Source: an uncultured Methanosarcinales archaeon (GTDB lineage Archaea; Nanobdellota; Nanobdellia; Woesearchaeales; CAYMBN01). Taken from it: 64,000 bases of DNA. Below the pieces are notes generated by a model. That model searched no databases and was not told where the DNA came from. It worked only from the letters and a program-made list of their open reading frames with translations. Where the stretch lies: positions 3,434 through 67,433 of the forward strand of contig CAYMBN010000005.1 of the NCBI GenBank assembly GCA_964388715.1, in the 5' to 3' direction. Position numbers and translations under genes: made by a program. This document shows, in pieces, positions 48,646 to 59,400 of this stretch (its first letter is position 1; every line of letters starts with the position of its first letter).

Positions 48646-49683
48646 ATGGTAAACAAAAAATTAACAATTGTTTTAACATTATTTGTATTAATTATGTTCT
48701 TAGCAGGATGTGATGGTAGTAGAGAACCAAGCGGAGATACTAGTACAAGTACTGCTTCTGGTGGACAAGGAAGATCTTTTATTGGGGGAGATGAAGGAAT
48801 TGATGTAAGATTTATGACAGGCGCACCTCCAAGAGAAGTATATGATACAGATTATTCATTTGGCATCAATGTAAGATTAGAAAATGTTGGTGAATGGGAT
48901 ATAAAAGATGCTGATGAAGATGGTAATGTTGACGCAAGAATGAAAGTTACAGGTATTGATCCATCTGACTTTGGTAAAACAAGTTCTGATTTAATTAAAT
49001 ATAGTTCAGATGAATTAATTGGTGCACATCTTGATTCAGAAGATAATGAAATTGATGGAGTAATCACAAACATAGATTTCCAAGATTTAAAATATTCAGG
49101 AGAAGTAACAGGACAAGTTGAATTCATTGTAAGAGCAGATCTCTGTTATGAATATGGTACAAAAATTAACTCAAAAGTATGTATATTAAAAGATTTAATT
49201 GGAAAAACAAGAAAAAGCGGAGAAGACCCATTCTGTGAACCTACTGAAGATAAAACAAGATTAACAGAAAATAGTGGAGCTCCTGTACATGTAACATCAT
49301 TTAAACAAAGTGTAATGGGAACAGACAAAATTTCTGTAAGATTTGACATTGAACATGTAGGAGAAGGTTATATCTACAAATCTAACACAGACTGTCAACC
49401 AACATTAGAAGATAAAAATAAAATAAAAGTAATAGTAGATGCAGGTTTACAAGATATAACATGTAGTGGATTACAAAATGGTGCTCAAGCCACCGACAAG
49501 GAGAGTTATAGCGGAGACATTAAATTACATGGTGATCAAGGAAGTGAAATAAACACAATCCTTTGTACAATTCCCTTACCAGCTGATGGTAGAGAAGACT
49601 ATGAAAAACAAATTACAATAACATTAAAATATGCATACGAAGACTTTATAGACCAGCCATTATTAGTTAAACATACTGAATAA
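48646..49683 (+). CDS. lipobox lipoprotein, paralogue 3 of 3
   Basis: FLAGC lipobox; conserved blocks (NSGAPVHVTSF, HVGEGY, DCQP, LKYAY). Confidence 0.55.
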   Translation: MVNKKLTIVLTLFVLIMFLAGCDGSREPSGDTSTSTASGGQGRSFIGGDEGIDVRFMTGAPPREVYDTDYSFGINVRLENVGEWDIKDADEDGNVDARMKVTGIDPSDFGKTSSDLIKYSSDELIGAHLDSEDNEIDGVITNIDFQDLKYSGEVTGQVEFIVRADLCYEYGTKINSKVCILKDLIGKTRKSGEDPFCEPTEDKTRLTENSGAPVHVTSFKQSVMGTDKISVRFDIEHVGEGYIYKSNTDCQPTLEDKNKIKVIVDAGLQDITCSGLQNGAQATDKESYSGDIKLHGDQGSEINTILCTIPLPADGREDYEKQITITLKYAYEDFIDQPLLVKHTE

Positions 49684-49753
49684 ACTCTTTCTTTCTTTTT
49701 TATTATTTTACTATCACTAAATATATAAATAAGTAAATATTTCTTATACCAAC

Positions 49754-50710
49754 ATGGAAAACACTATATGGACTGAAAAATACAGACCAAAAACATTCAC
49801 AGAAGTAAAAGGACAAAAAGATATAGTGAAAAGGGTTAAAGCTTTTGTTGAACAAAAAAACATGCCCCACCTTATGTTTGCAGGTCCAGCTGGTGTTGGT
49901 AAATCAACATTAGCAATAGTAATTGCAAAAAAGCTATTTGGTAGCACATGGCACAATAATTTTGTTGAGTTAAATGCTTCTGATGAACGTGGCATTGATG
50001 TTATTCGAATAAAAGTTAAAGATTTTGCAAGAACAAAAGCAATAGGAGATGTTCCTTTTAAAATTATTTTTCTTGATGAATGTGATGCCTTAACACGAGA
50101 AGCTCAACAAGCATTACGTAGAACAATGGAAAATTATACTCAAACATGTAGATTTATTTTATCATGTAATTATTCCTCAAAAATAATTGATCCAATACAA
50201 TCACGATGTGCTGTATTTAGATTTAAGTTATTAGATAAAAAAGAAATAAGATCTATTACTGAACATATTGCTAAAGAAGAAAAACTAAAAATAGATGAAC
50301 AAGCTGTTGAAGCACTCTATCAAGTTTCTGATGGAGATTGTAGAAGAGTAGAAAATATATTACAAAGTTGTGCTGCTATGGGTAAACACATTACAGAAGA
50401 ACTTGTTTATTCAATGGCATCTGTTGCACAACCAAAAGAAGTTAAAAATGTTCTTGAATTAGCACTAGAAAACAAATTTGTTGAGTCACGTAACAAATTA
50501 CTTGATACAATGCTCAATTATGGTTTAAGTGGAATTGACATAATAAAACAAATTCAAAAAGAAGTATGGAATCTCAAAATTGACAATAAAAAGAAAGTAT
50601 ATTTAATTGATAAATGTGGCGAGATCGAATTTAGAATGACAGAAGGTAGTGATGAATTTGTTCAATTAGAAGCATTATTAGCACAAGTTGTTCTAGCTGG
50701 TTCTCAATAA
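49754..50710 (+). CDS. rfcS: replication factor C small subunit
   Basis: Walker A GPAGVGKST, DECD, SRC motifs (IDPIQSRCAVFRF). Confidence 0.85.
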   Translation: MENTIWTEKYRPKTFTEVKGQKDIVKRVKAFVEQKNMPHLMFAGPAGVGKSTLAIVIAKKLFGSTWHNNFVELNASDERGIDVIRIKVKDFARTKAIGDVPFKIIFLDECDALTREAQQALRRTMENYTQTCRFILSCNYSSKIIDPIQSRCAVFRFKLLDKKEIRSITEHIAKEEKLKIDEQAVEALYQVSDGDCRRVENILQSCAAMGKHITEELVYSMASVAQPKEVKNVLELALENKFVESRNKLLDTMLNYGLSGIDIIKQIQKEVWNLKIDNKKKVYLIDKCGEIEFRMTEGSDEFVQLEALLAQVVLAGSQ

Positions 50711-50734
50711 AAATTATTAATAAAAAAATAAAAA

Positions 50735-50998
50735 TTAAACAATATCTTCTTCTGCAATAACCATAAAGTCTCCCATTGCTATTACAGCACTAAAAGGAAT
50801 CAATATATGTCCTTGTTTATCCTTTTCTAATTCAAGCTTTTCTGTGTAAGATGTTGGATTAGTAATTACTAAATGTATTAACTCACCAGAACGTGTTTCA
50901 AAAATAATATCACCAACTTCACCAAATCTTTTTCCTGTTTTGCTAACAACTACTCTTCCTAGTAATTCTCTTGCAAGTTTTTTTTCATCATCTGCCAT
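50735..50998 (-). CDS. PRC-barrel domain protein
   Basis: 87 aa; LLGRVVVSKTGKRFGEVGDIIFETRSGEL pattern typical of archaeal PRC-barrel proteins. Confidence 0.5.
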   Translation of the reverse strand: MADDEKKLARELLGRVVVSKTGKRFGEVGDIIFETRSGELIHLVITNPTSYTEKLELEKDKQGHILIPFSAVIAMGDFMVIAEEDIV

Positions 50999-51070
50999 AG
51001 TAAAACCCCTCTTTAAATTATATGTTTATAGAGAATATATTTATATTTAAATCTTTTGTTTTTAAGAGAA

Positions 51071-51931
51071 TTATTTGATGTCCTTAATTGGGGACAGATT
51101 ATCAATCTTTTCTTTCAATAATCTGTCGTCATAGCAAATCTCTTTTAATCCACAGACATTACATTTATTTTCATTAGCACAAAAGTCAGGTAAATCATGT
51201 GATAACAAAAGAGTATGCACTCTTTGCGTAGTTTCTTTTATTTCATCTTTAAGTGCAGGATTAATTATTACTTCACGTTTTTCATCTGTATCAAGATAAT
51301 GTACATAACCTTTGTTTAGCTCAAGATTAAATTTTTCATTTAACATCATAACATAAGCACCAATTTGAATTCTATGTGAAGGCCAAACACCTTCTTTAGG
51401 TATTTTACCTGTCTTTAATTCCACAGGCACACATTTATCAGGAAAAACTTCTAAACGATCAATAATCCCTCTAAGTTGTAATTCTTCTGACTGTACTGAA
51501 ACCTCTGACTTTATTTTAGGAACAAGCACTTCCCAAAGTTTATCACCAAAAATATCGTGTTTCAATATTGCATTATGAATATTAATTGCTCTCATTTTAG
51601 CTTCTCTAATAAAGTAAGGCCATGTTTTATTAAATGCATCAATTAAGGGAAGCTTTACTCTTCTTAATGCTGATTTATTTGCAATAATTGTATTACGTAA
51701 CAATCCAGAATATTTTTGAGTATAAATCCTTTCAATTTGTTCATAAGCAAGTTTAGTTTTAATTGATGTTACAATAAATTGTTCAATCTTATTTATATTA
51801 TCATAAGTTTGATGTCTTATTGAACCTTTAACAAGTGCTTCCTTTGGAATTTCAACCAATCTGAGAACTCTTTCCAAAAAGATCTTTCTCTTACAATAAA
51901 TATAAGCTGATAATAAGGTAACTGCTATCAT
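51071..51931 (-). CDS. Cas4-family PD-(D/E)xK nuclease with 4Fe-4S cluster (DUF83), stand-alone
   Basis: N-terminal YCKRK Cys, GIIDRLEV…VELKTGK (D…ExK), QIGAYVMM (QxxxY), C-terminal C-x5-C-x2-C-x5-C. Confidence 0.6.
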   Translation of the reverse strand: MIAVTLLSAYIYCKRKIFLERVLRLVEIPKEALVKGSIRHQTYDNINKIEQFIVTSIKTKLAYEQIERIYTQKYSGLLRNTIIANKSALRRVKLPLIDAFNKTWPYFIREAKMRAINIHNAILKHDIFGDKLWEVLVPKIKSEVSVQSEELQLRGIIDRLEVFPDKCVPVELKTGKIPKEGVWPSHRIQIGAYVMMLNEKFNLELNKGYVHYLDTDEKREVIINPALKDEIKETTQRVHTLLLSHDLPDFCANENKCNVCGLKEICYDDRLLKEKIDNLSPIKDIK

Positions 51932-52040
51932 AAAAACAATATAATTTTTTGATTTATTTATATTTTTAGTTAAAATATAGAAAAGTTTTAAAAATTTGAA
52001 TAATTTTTAAACCGTTTGGAAATTTTTAATTTCCAAAACT

Positions 52041-52050
52041 TTTATAAATA
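52041..52050 (+). promoter_or_regulatory. TATA box (TTTATAAATA) upstream of tyrS, preceded by an A/T-rich hairpin
   Basis: About 35 nt upstream of ATG 52085. Confidence 0.4.
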
Positions 52051-52084
52051 TCAACACTCAAAATACCATTAAAAGGTGATATTA

Positions 52085-53161
52085 ATGGATACTCAAGAAA
52101 GATTTAATCTCATAAAACAGGTTGGAGAGGAAATTATAACAGAAAAAGATTTAAAAGAACTTCTTGAAACTAAGGCACATCCTATTGCTTATGATGGTTT
52201 TGAACCTTCTGGACAGATTCATATTGCACAAGGTATTCTAAGAGCTATTAATGTTAACAAAATGATCAAAGCAGGTGTTAAGTTTAAAATGCTTAGTGCT
52301 AACTGGCATGCTTGGGCAAATAGAAAATTTGGAGGAGATTTAGATAAAATAAGGATAGCAGGTAAATACCTTATTGAAGTTTGGAAACAATGTGGTATGA
52401 AACTTGACAAAGTAGAATTTGTATGGGATGATGATATTAAAGGAGATCCTGATTATTGGAAAGAAATTATGAAATCTGCAACATCAACAACAATAAAAAG
52501 AGTATTAAGATGTTCACAAATAATGGGAAGAAAAGAAAGTGAAACACAGTATTCCTCACAAATCATTTATCCATTAATGCAATTAAATGATATATTTAGA
52601 CTAAAATGTGACATAACCCAACTTGGAATGGATCAAAGAAAAGTAAATATGTTAGCAAGGGAAATGGGTCCACAATTAGGTTATTGGAAACCCGTTGTAG
52701 TAAGTCACCATATGTTAATGGGATTAGGTAAACCAAGTTCACAGGCAAAAGATGCTGTTGAAAAAGCAATTGACCTTAAAATGTCAAAATCTAAACCAGA
52801 CACAGCTATATTTATGACTGATTCAAAAGAGGATGTTAAGAGAAAAATCAATAAGGCATACTGTCCTGAAAAAATTGTTGAAGAAAATCCAATTATGGAT
52901 TATTGTAAACATATTATCTTTGAAAAGTTTCCTATCTTGGAAATCAAACGGCCAACTAAATTCGGCGGTGATTTAAATATTGAAGGTTACGAACAACTTA
53001 CAAAAGTTTATTCAAAAGGAGACCTTCATCCAATGGACTTAAAACAGAGTGTTGCAGAAAATATTAACCAACTGATTGAACCAGTGAGAAAACATTTTGA
53101 AAAAAATAGTAAAGCAAAAAAATTACTTGAACAAGTTAAAAGTTTCAAAGTTGTAAGATAA
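52085..53161 (+). CDS. tyrS: tyrosine-tRNA ligase (archaeal type)
   Basis: GFEPSGQIHIAQG, ANWHAW, KMSKS and KKAYCP…NPIM match archaeal TyrRS; track ORF begins at GTG 52076. Confidence 0.8.
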   Translation: MDTQERFNLIKQVGEEIITEKDLKELLETKAHPIAYDGFEPSGQIHIAQGILRAINVNKMIKAGVKFKMLSANWHAWANRKFGGDLDKIRIAGKYLIEVWKQCGMKLDKVEFVWDDDIKGDPDYWKEIMKSATSTTIKRVLRCSQIMGRKESETQYSSQIIYPLMQLNDIFRLKCDITQLGMDQRKVNMLAREMGPQLGYWKPVVVSHHMLMGLGKPSSQAKDAVEKAIDLKMSKSKPDTAIFMTDSKEDVKRKINKAYCPEKIVEENPIMDYCKHIIFEKFPILEIKRPTKFGGDLNIEGYEQLTKVYSKGDLHPMDLKQSVAENINQLIEPVRKHFEKNSKAKKLLEQVKSFKVVR

Positions 53162-53162
53162 A

Positions 53163-54521
53163 ATGTTCAACAAAATCAACTCTATTCTTAAAAAAGAGTC
53201 AAAAGTAAAGTATTGGGAATATAGACAAGAAAACACACAAACTAATTCTGTTTCAGCATGGAATAATCATATCAAAGATTTAAATTATGGAAACAAAATT
53301 AGTTATTCGATAAGAATTTTATATGGGAATGCCTGGGGTTTTGTTTATAGTGATAAAGAAGATATAAAACAAATCACAAAAAAAGCATTAAACATAGCAA
53401 AAGCTCTTGATAAAGAAACCAAAATTAAAAAAAATATAACTGAATATAAAACAATAAAAGACAACAAAAAATCATTACTCAAAATAAATCCTTCAAATAT
53501 AGGAATAGAAGAAAAAAGAAATTTAGTCCTAAACCTATCAAAGCCTCAAAATAAAAAAATAAAAAGTGCATTGATAAGTTATAGTGATACAAACAAGAAA
53601 ATTATTTTTATTAATTCGGAAGGCTCAGAAATAAAACAAGAATTAATTTACACATTGTGTGGGGCACAAATAACTGCAAAAGATTCAACAATTGAAGAAT
53701 ATTCAAAAAGAATAGGGGCACAAAAAGGATATGAATTAACAAAACAATTACCAGAAGCAGTTGAATTTGCATCAAAAAAAGCAATTGATCTACTCAAAGC
53801 AAGTGTGCCAAAAGGAGGAATTTTTCCAGTAATATGTGATTCTGTTCTAACAGACGTTTTTATTCATGAAGCATTAGGTCATGCAGCAGAAGCAGATCAT
53901 GTAATAACAAAAAACAGTTGCCTTTATAATTTAGAAAAAAAGAAAATTGCAAATGATATTGTAAATGTTTATGATGATCCCACTCAAAAATATGGTTGGG
54001 GCAGTTTTTTTTACGATGATGAAGGTATTAAAACACAAAGAACACAACTAATTAAACAAGGATATCTTACTAGTTTTATGCATAGTAGGGAAACAGCTGC
54101 TTTAATGAACAAAAAACCAACTGGAAATGCAAGAGCACAAAGTGCAGCTCATATTCCATTAGTAAGGATGAGCAATACATATATACAAAAAGGGGACCAT
54201 AACAAAGAAGAAATGTTTAAGAAAATTAAAAATGGCTTTTACCTTATTGGAAGTAAAGGTGGACAAGTTGATCCTACAAAAGGTAATTTTCATTTTAATG
54301 CAGAGGAAGGATTTGTAATTAAAAATGGAAAATTAAAAGAACAACTAAAAAGTGTATCATTGTCAGGAAATACGCTTAAGATATTAAAAAATATACAAGC
54401 AATTTCTAATAAATATGAACCAGGTATGCCTGGTTATTGTGGAAAGGGTGGACAAAGTGTACATGCATTAGGGCATTGTCCATGTATTTTAATAAAAAAT
54501 GCTATTGTTGGTGGAAAATGA
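53163..54521 (+). CDS. tldD: TldD-family metalloprotease
   Basis: HEALGHAAEADH (HExxxH…E). Confidence 0.75.
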   Translation: MFNKINSILKKESKVKYWEYRQENTQTNSVSAWNNHIKDLNYGNKISYSIRILYGNAWGFVYSDKEDIKQITKKALNIAKALDKETKIKKNITEYKTIKDNKKSLLKINPSNIGIEEKRNLVLNLSKPQNKKIKSALISYSDTNKKIIFINSEGSEIKQELIYTLCGAQITAKDSTIEEYSKRIGAQKGYELTKQLPEAVEFASKKAIDLLKASVPKGGIFPVICDSVLTDVFIHEALGHAAEADHVITKNSCLYNLEKKKIANDIVNVYDDPTQKYGWGSFFYDDEGIKTQRTQLIKQGYLTSFMHSRETAALMNKKPTGNARAQSAAHIPLVRMSNTYIQKGDHNKEEMFKKIKNGFYLIGSKGGQVDPTKGNFHFNAEEGFVIKNGKLKEQLKSVSLSGNTLKILKNIQAISNKYEPGMPGYCGKGGQSVHALGHCPCILIKNAIVGGK

Positions 54522-55753
54522 TTAAGTATTTAGATAAAAATACAGATCATTATCAAGTAAATTATATTCAAACCCAACAAAAATCAATAAAAGTTAAAGA
54601 CAATAACATTGACAGCTTTGATCAAGGTAAAAAAGAATTATGTATTATTAAAGTTTGGATAAATGGAAAACAAGGCTTTGCTTATTCTAATGCTCTTAAC
54701 AAAAAAACAATTACTCAAGCAATTAAAATTGCCAAAATTAATAAAAAAAAAGAGTATTTTTATGGTCTTCCAACTAAACAAAAATATCAAAAACCTGAAT
54801 TTGATAAAAAAATTTCAAATCTCACTATCAATAATTTAATAAAATATTCCAAACAACTCATTAAAGAGTCTAAATCTAATATTACTAAATTAAATCAACT
54901 AAAAATTTCAGCAAATACAATAAACACACAAATAATAAATTCTAATGGTATTAACTGTAAAGATAAAAGTACAGAATTATCCCTTTCCCTATTAATTACA
55001 GCAAGAAAAAATAACAAAGTCTCCACTTATTGGGATTCAAAAGAGGAAAAATTTTTATTTAACATAAATGGATTAGGAGAACATACAAAAAACAAAGCAA
55101 TTGAATTCTTAAATGAAAAACAACTAAAAACAAAACCAAAAATAATTATATTTAAACCAGAACCTTTATCAGAACTATTAATGTACGGGTTAATAAGTAA
55201 TTTCAATGGGAAAAACGCTGAAAAACATAAATCATTATTCTCAGATAAGCTTGGAAAAATGATTTGTAACAAAAACATCTCTTTATTTGACAATGGAATC
55301 CTAAAAAAAGGAATTAGTTCAGCAAAAACAGATTATGAAGGAACACCTATGAAAAACACATGTTTAATTAAAAATGGAATATTAAACAATTTTATTTATG
55401 ATCATAACACTGCAATACACAATAATACCAAATCAACAGGTAATGCAACAGAAGATTCAATTGGATTCACAAATATTATGTTAGAAGCACCTTATTCAAA
55501 AGTAAAAGAAGCATTAATTGTTGAAAGTATTATTGGTGCACACACATGCAATTCCCTAACAACAGACTTTTCAGTTAAAATGGAACAAGGTTATCATTAT
55601 AAAAATAATCAAAAAACACCTGTTAAAGGAGTTATGTTATCAGGAAAAGTAATCAATATTTTAAACAACATTATTTCAATGGATAAAAGAATTATACAAA
55701 AAAATGGAGTTTATGCTGGTTCTATTGCTTGTTCTGGAGTAAATATAATTTAA
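54518..55753 (+). CDS. TldE/PmbA-family protein (TldD partner)
   Basis: Collinear PmbA/TldD fold without HExxH; ATGA overlap with the tldD stop; track ORF starts upstream at 54437. Confidence 0.65.
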   Translation: MIKYLDKNTDHYQVNYIQTQQKSIKVKDNNIDSFDQGKKELCIIKVWINGKQGFAYSNALNKKTITQAIKIAKINKKKEYFYGLPTKQKYQKPEFDKKISNLTINNLIKYSKQLIKESKSNITKLNQLKISANTINTQIINSNGINCKDKSTELSLSLLITARKNNKVSTYWDSKEEKFLFNINGLGEHTKNKAIEFLNEKQLKTKPKIIIFKPEPLSELLMYGLISNFNGKNAEKHKSLFSDKLGKMICNKNISLFDNGILKKGISSAKTDYEGTPMKNTCLIKNGILNNFIYDHNTAIHNNTKSTGNATEDSIGFTNIMLEAPYSKVKEALIVESIIGAHTCNSLTTDFSVKMEQGYHYKNNQKTPVKGVMLSGKVINILNNIISMDKRIIQKNGVYAGSIACSGVNII

Positions 55754-55987
55754 ACTTCTCCACACATTACATATTAAGTAATTAAATAATAAACAATTAA
55801 CTTATTTTTCTTCTAAAAATAAGCAATATTTATAAATGATTATTACATATTAAGTATTTACCAATAATTTTTAAGTATTGAGGAAGTAAAACTGAAAACC
55901 AGCAGAAAAAGAGGTAAAAATACAAATAATTTAGATAGAACTCCTTCTCTTTCAGAAAAACAACTTCTAAAAACAATCCATTACTTT

Positions 55988-56434
55988 GTGGATATATTAA
56001 AAAGTGATTTTGATTATTCATATGAAAAAATTCTTTCATCAATCAATCGAAAAGAAATATTAATTCCACTAAAAGTATTCAAAACAAAACTAAGTCCTGC
56101 TGAATCACTTGTTAAATACTTAAAAGAAAATTGTAATCTAAAATTATCACAAATTGCAGCATTGACTAATAGAGATCAAAGAGGAATCTGGCTCACATAT
56201 AATAATTCAGTGAAAAAACATAAACAATTATTTATTATTCAAAATCCAAAATACCTAATCCCAATTTCTATTTTTTCAAATCGTAAACTAAGCATTCTTG
56301 AAAATTTAGTATTTTACTTAATCAAAACTTATAATCTCACAATCAAACAAATTACTGAATTACTTACTAAAAAATCTAGCACTATTTGGAGTATTAAGAA
56401 TAGAATTAAAACAAAATTAAAAACAAATGAATAA
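55988..56434 (+). CDS. small protein with two tandem GerE/LuxR-type (sigma-70 region-4-like) HTH motifs
   Basis: LSPAESLVKYLKENCNLKLSQIAALTNRDQRGIWLTYNNSVKK and LSILENLVFYLIKTYNLTIKQITELLTKKSSTIWSIKNRIKTK both fit the LuxR HTH pattern; GTG start, so the start is uncertain. Confidence 0.45.
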   Translation: MDILKSDFDYSYEKILSSINRKEILIPLKVFKTKLSPAESLVKYLKENCNLKLSQIAALTNRDQRGIWLTYNNSVKKHKQLFIIQNPKYLIPISIFSNRKLSILENLVFYLIKTYNLTIKQITELLTKKSSTIWSIKNRIKTKLKTNE

Positions 56435-59400
56435 AAAATTCAAAAAACAGGATAGAGAAATAAGAGATTTACATAATAAGATTATTATTTGTAAAAAATA
56501 CAAACAAGAAATACAAGCAAATACAAACAAAATAAACAAATTATTATTTGAAAATAAAATAAGTGAACAAGAGCATAAAGATTTAATTTACAAATATTTA
56601 CAAGGAAAAACACAACAAGAATGGATCAATATATACAACAACCACATTAAAACATGTCAACAAAAAATACATGAAATAGAATTTAACAAGAGTAAATTCA
56701 AAAGCATAACACTAATAACTTTAATGTCTTTTATTTTAATATTTGGATTAATTTATAATGGTATAAATCCAATAACAGGATTAACAACATTTGAACAACA
56801 AACAATTCAAGCAGAATCATTAAGTAATAATTGGGTCATAGTTGAAAATTCAGAATATAATAATAATCAAGCAATTATGTCTGCTTTTATAGGAGACAAA
56901 TTTGAATATACTTTTAATGGAACATCAATAAGCTTGATTACACAAAACAGATATGATTTTGGTATAATTCAAATAACAATTGATAACACAGTACAAGAGA
57001 TTGATTTGTATAATAACAATACACAATTTAATATAATCCATGAACTAGCAACAGGCCTAGAAAATAAACAACATAATCTCACAATAGAAGTTTTAGAGAA
57101 CAAAAACAATAATTCAGAAAGCCATTTTGTAGTAATAGATGGATTTATAATAACATCACCAGAAGAACCAACACAACAAGAAAATATCACAAATATAACT
57201 ATAAACCAAACAATCTTTATTGAAAACACAACAAATATTACACAACCAACAGAGAACATAACCAACATTATTCAACCAACACAAAACATTACAAATATAA
57301 CAATAAATCAAACAATCCATACTGAAAATATAACTAATATTACTCTTCCACAAGAAAACACAACAACCACCGTAGAAAATACAACAAACATTACAACTCC
57401 ACAGCAAAATCAAACAAACATAACATCACAAGAAAACATTACAATAATAATCAATGAAACAACTGAAAACATTACAACACAAATCAACACAACAATCAAA
57501 GAAGAAATAACACAAGGTTTTGCAGAAATTAACAAACCAGTTAAATGGGTTAAAAAGATTGAGAATACAACAAAAACAGACTTACCAAAACAAGCATTTA
57601 ATATAAGTGTCTTTAAAACAGAAAAAAGAAAAGGATTAGGTATTGCATCAACAAAAAGAACAAAGATAAAGAAAGTAAAAATCAATGATTCAGGTGTTTT
57701 AAAAGAATTATCAGCATACAAATACAAGAAAAAAGGCATTGGAAAGATCACAGGCGCTGCAATAGGTGGTGAAATCAATGTTTTCAAACAATTCTGGTAC
57801 TGGTTATTAAGCTTAAGAAACTCAATAACAGGATACGCTGTTAGTGATGTTAATGAATTAGTTATTGAAGAAAATGAAACCAAGTTTGAAATAGAATACT
57901 TCACAGACGCACCAGTTGCAACTGAAAATGAAATCACTTATTATAAAAAACAAATAACAATCTCAAGTGAATTACATTATGAAAACATTTTAGCTTATAC
58001 AAATATCACAGAAACAAACCAAAATAACATTAAATTATATCATCTTATCAACAACACAAGAGAATTAGTAACAAATATAACTTATATTGATCAAAACAAT
58101 AACAATCTCATTGACAAAATTCAATGGATAGTTCCACACTTAAGCAATGAAAGTTATGAAATAGAAATAACAATCCTCAATGTTCAATCATATCCTACTG
58201 TTGGCGGAAACTGGACAGTAATGTTCAACACAACAGGAAAAGCTAACCTAACAATAAAAGCAATCAGAGATACAACATGGAGTAACAGTAATGAAAACCA
58301 TGATCTAAAATTCTTAGAAATCAAATGTAACAACACAATCCTTAATTACACCTGGACAAACAATTCTGTATTTATAGAAAATTATACTTGTAACCAAACA
58401 AGTTATGAAACAAGCAAAGTAATCACATCAGGAGTTCATGATTTATTATTCCAATTCGGCAATCAATCAGCAGAAGCACATAATTTTGCTTCAATCAATT
58501 TATCCAACTCAGATGCATCATGGTATGGGGAAGCACCTTCAGATGTTCTTGGACATTTTATTATGGGTTCGGGCGATATTAATAATGACAGTTTTAGTGA
58601 TCTTATAATTGGTGCTTATGCAAATGGTTATGGCGGTGGAACTTCCGGTAAAACTTATTTAATATATGGTCCAGTAAATGAAAATAATGTTAATATAAGT
58701 AATGCTAATGCATCATGGCATGGGGAAGCAGCTGGTGACAATTCAGGAATAACTGTTGCAGGAGTAGGTGATGTTAACAATGATGGATTTGGTGACATTG
58801 TAATTGGAGCTTCATCAAATGATGATGGAGGAGATTCTTCAGGTAAAATATATTTAATTTATGGGCCAACTTATGATACAAATATTAATTTAAGTAATGC
58901 TAATGCTTCTTGGTATGGAGAATCTGGAGGTGATTTCTTAGGTTGGTCACTCTCAAAAGCAGGTGATGTTAATAATGATGGGTTTGATGATATTATAGTT
59001 GGTGCTAATGGAAATGATTATGCAAGAAATGGTGCTGGTAAAGCTTACTTAATTTATGGGCAGGATTACACTGGAACATTTAACATAAGTACTGCTAATG
59101 TATCATGGCATGGAGAAGCAGATGACAAATTAGGCGATTTTGTTTCAAATGCAGATGATGTAAACAATGATGGATTTGATGATATTTTAATTGGAGCTCC
59201 TAATAATGATAATGGTGCTACCTGGACAGGAATGATATATTTAGTTTATGGGCCTGCAAATGGTGTAAATAATAATGTAAGTACAGCCAATGCTTCATGG
59301 TATGGGGAAAACACACTTGATAATGCTGGTAGTACAGGAGAAATCGCAGCAGCAGGTGATGTTAATAATGACGGATTTGATGATATTTTAATTGGAGTAA

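Noticed and set aside
48880-48930. Dockerin-like Ca loop (DADEDGNVDARM) in lipoprotein paralogue 3
   Set aside because: There is only a single partial loop. Dockerins need two tandem 22-residue repeats, so this was not called.
56969-57937. Three minus-strand ORFs (99, 85 and 175 aa), plus further minus-strand ORFs at 62044-62235 and 63266-63484
   Set aside because: They lie antisense to the continuous giant + strand ORF. Their C/V/F/I-rich translations reflect the A-rich sense strand having few antisense stop codons, not real coding.
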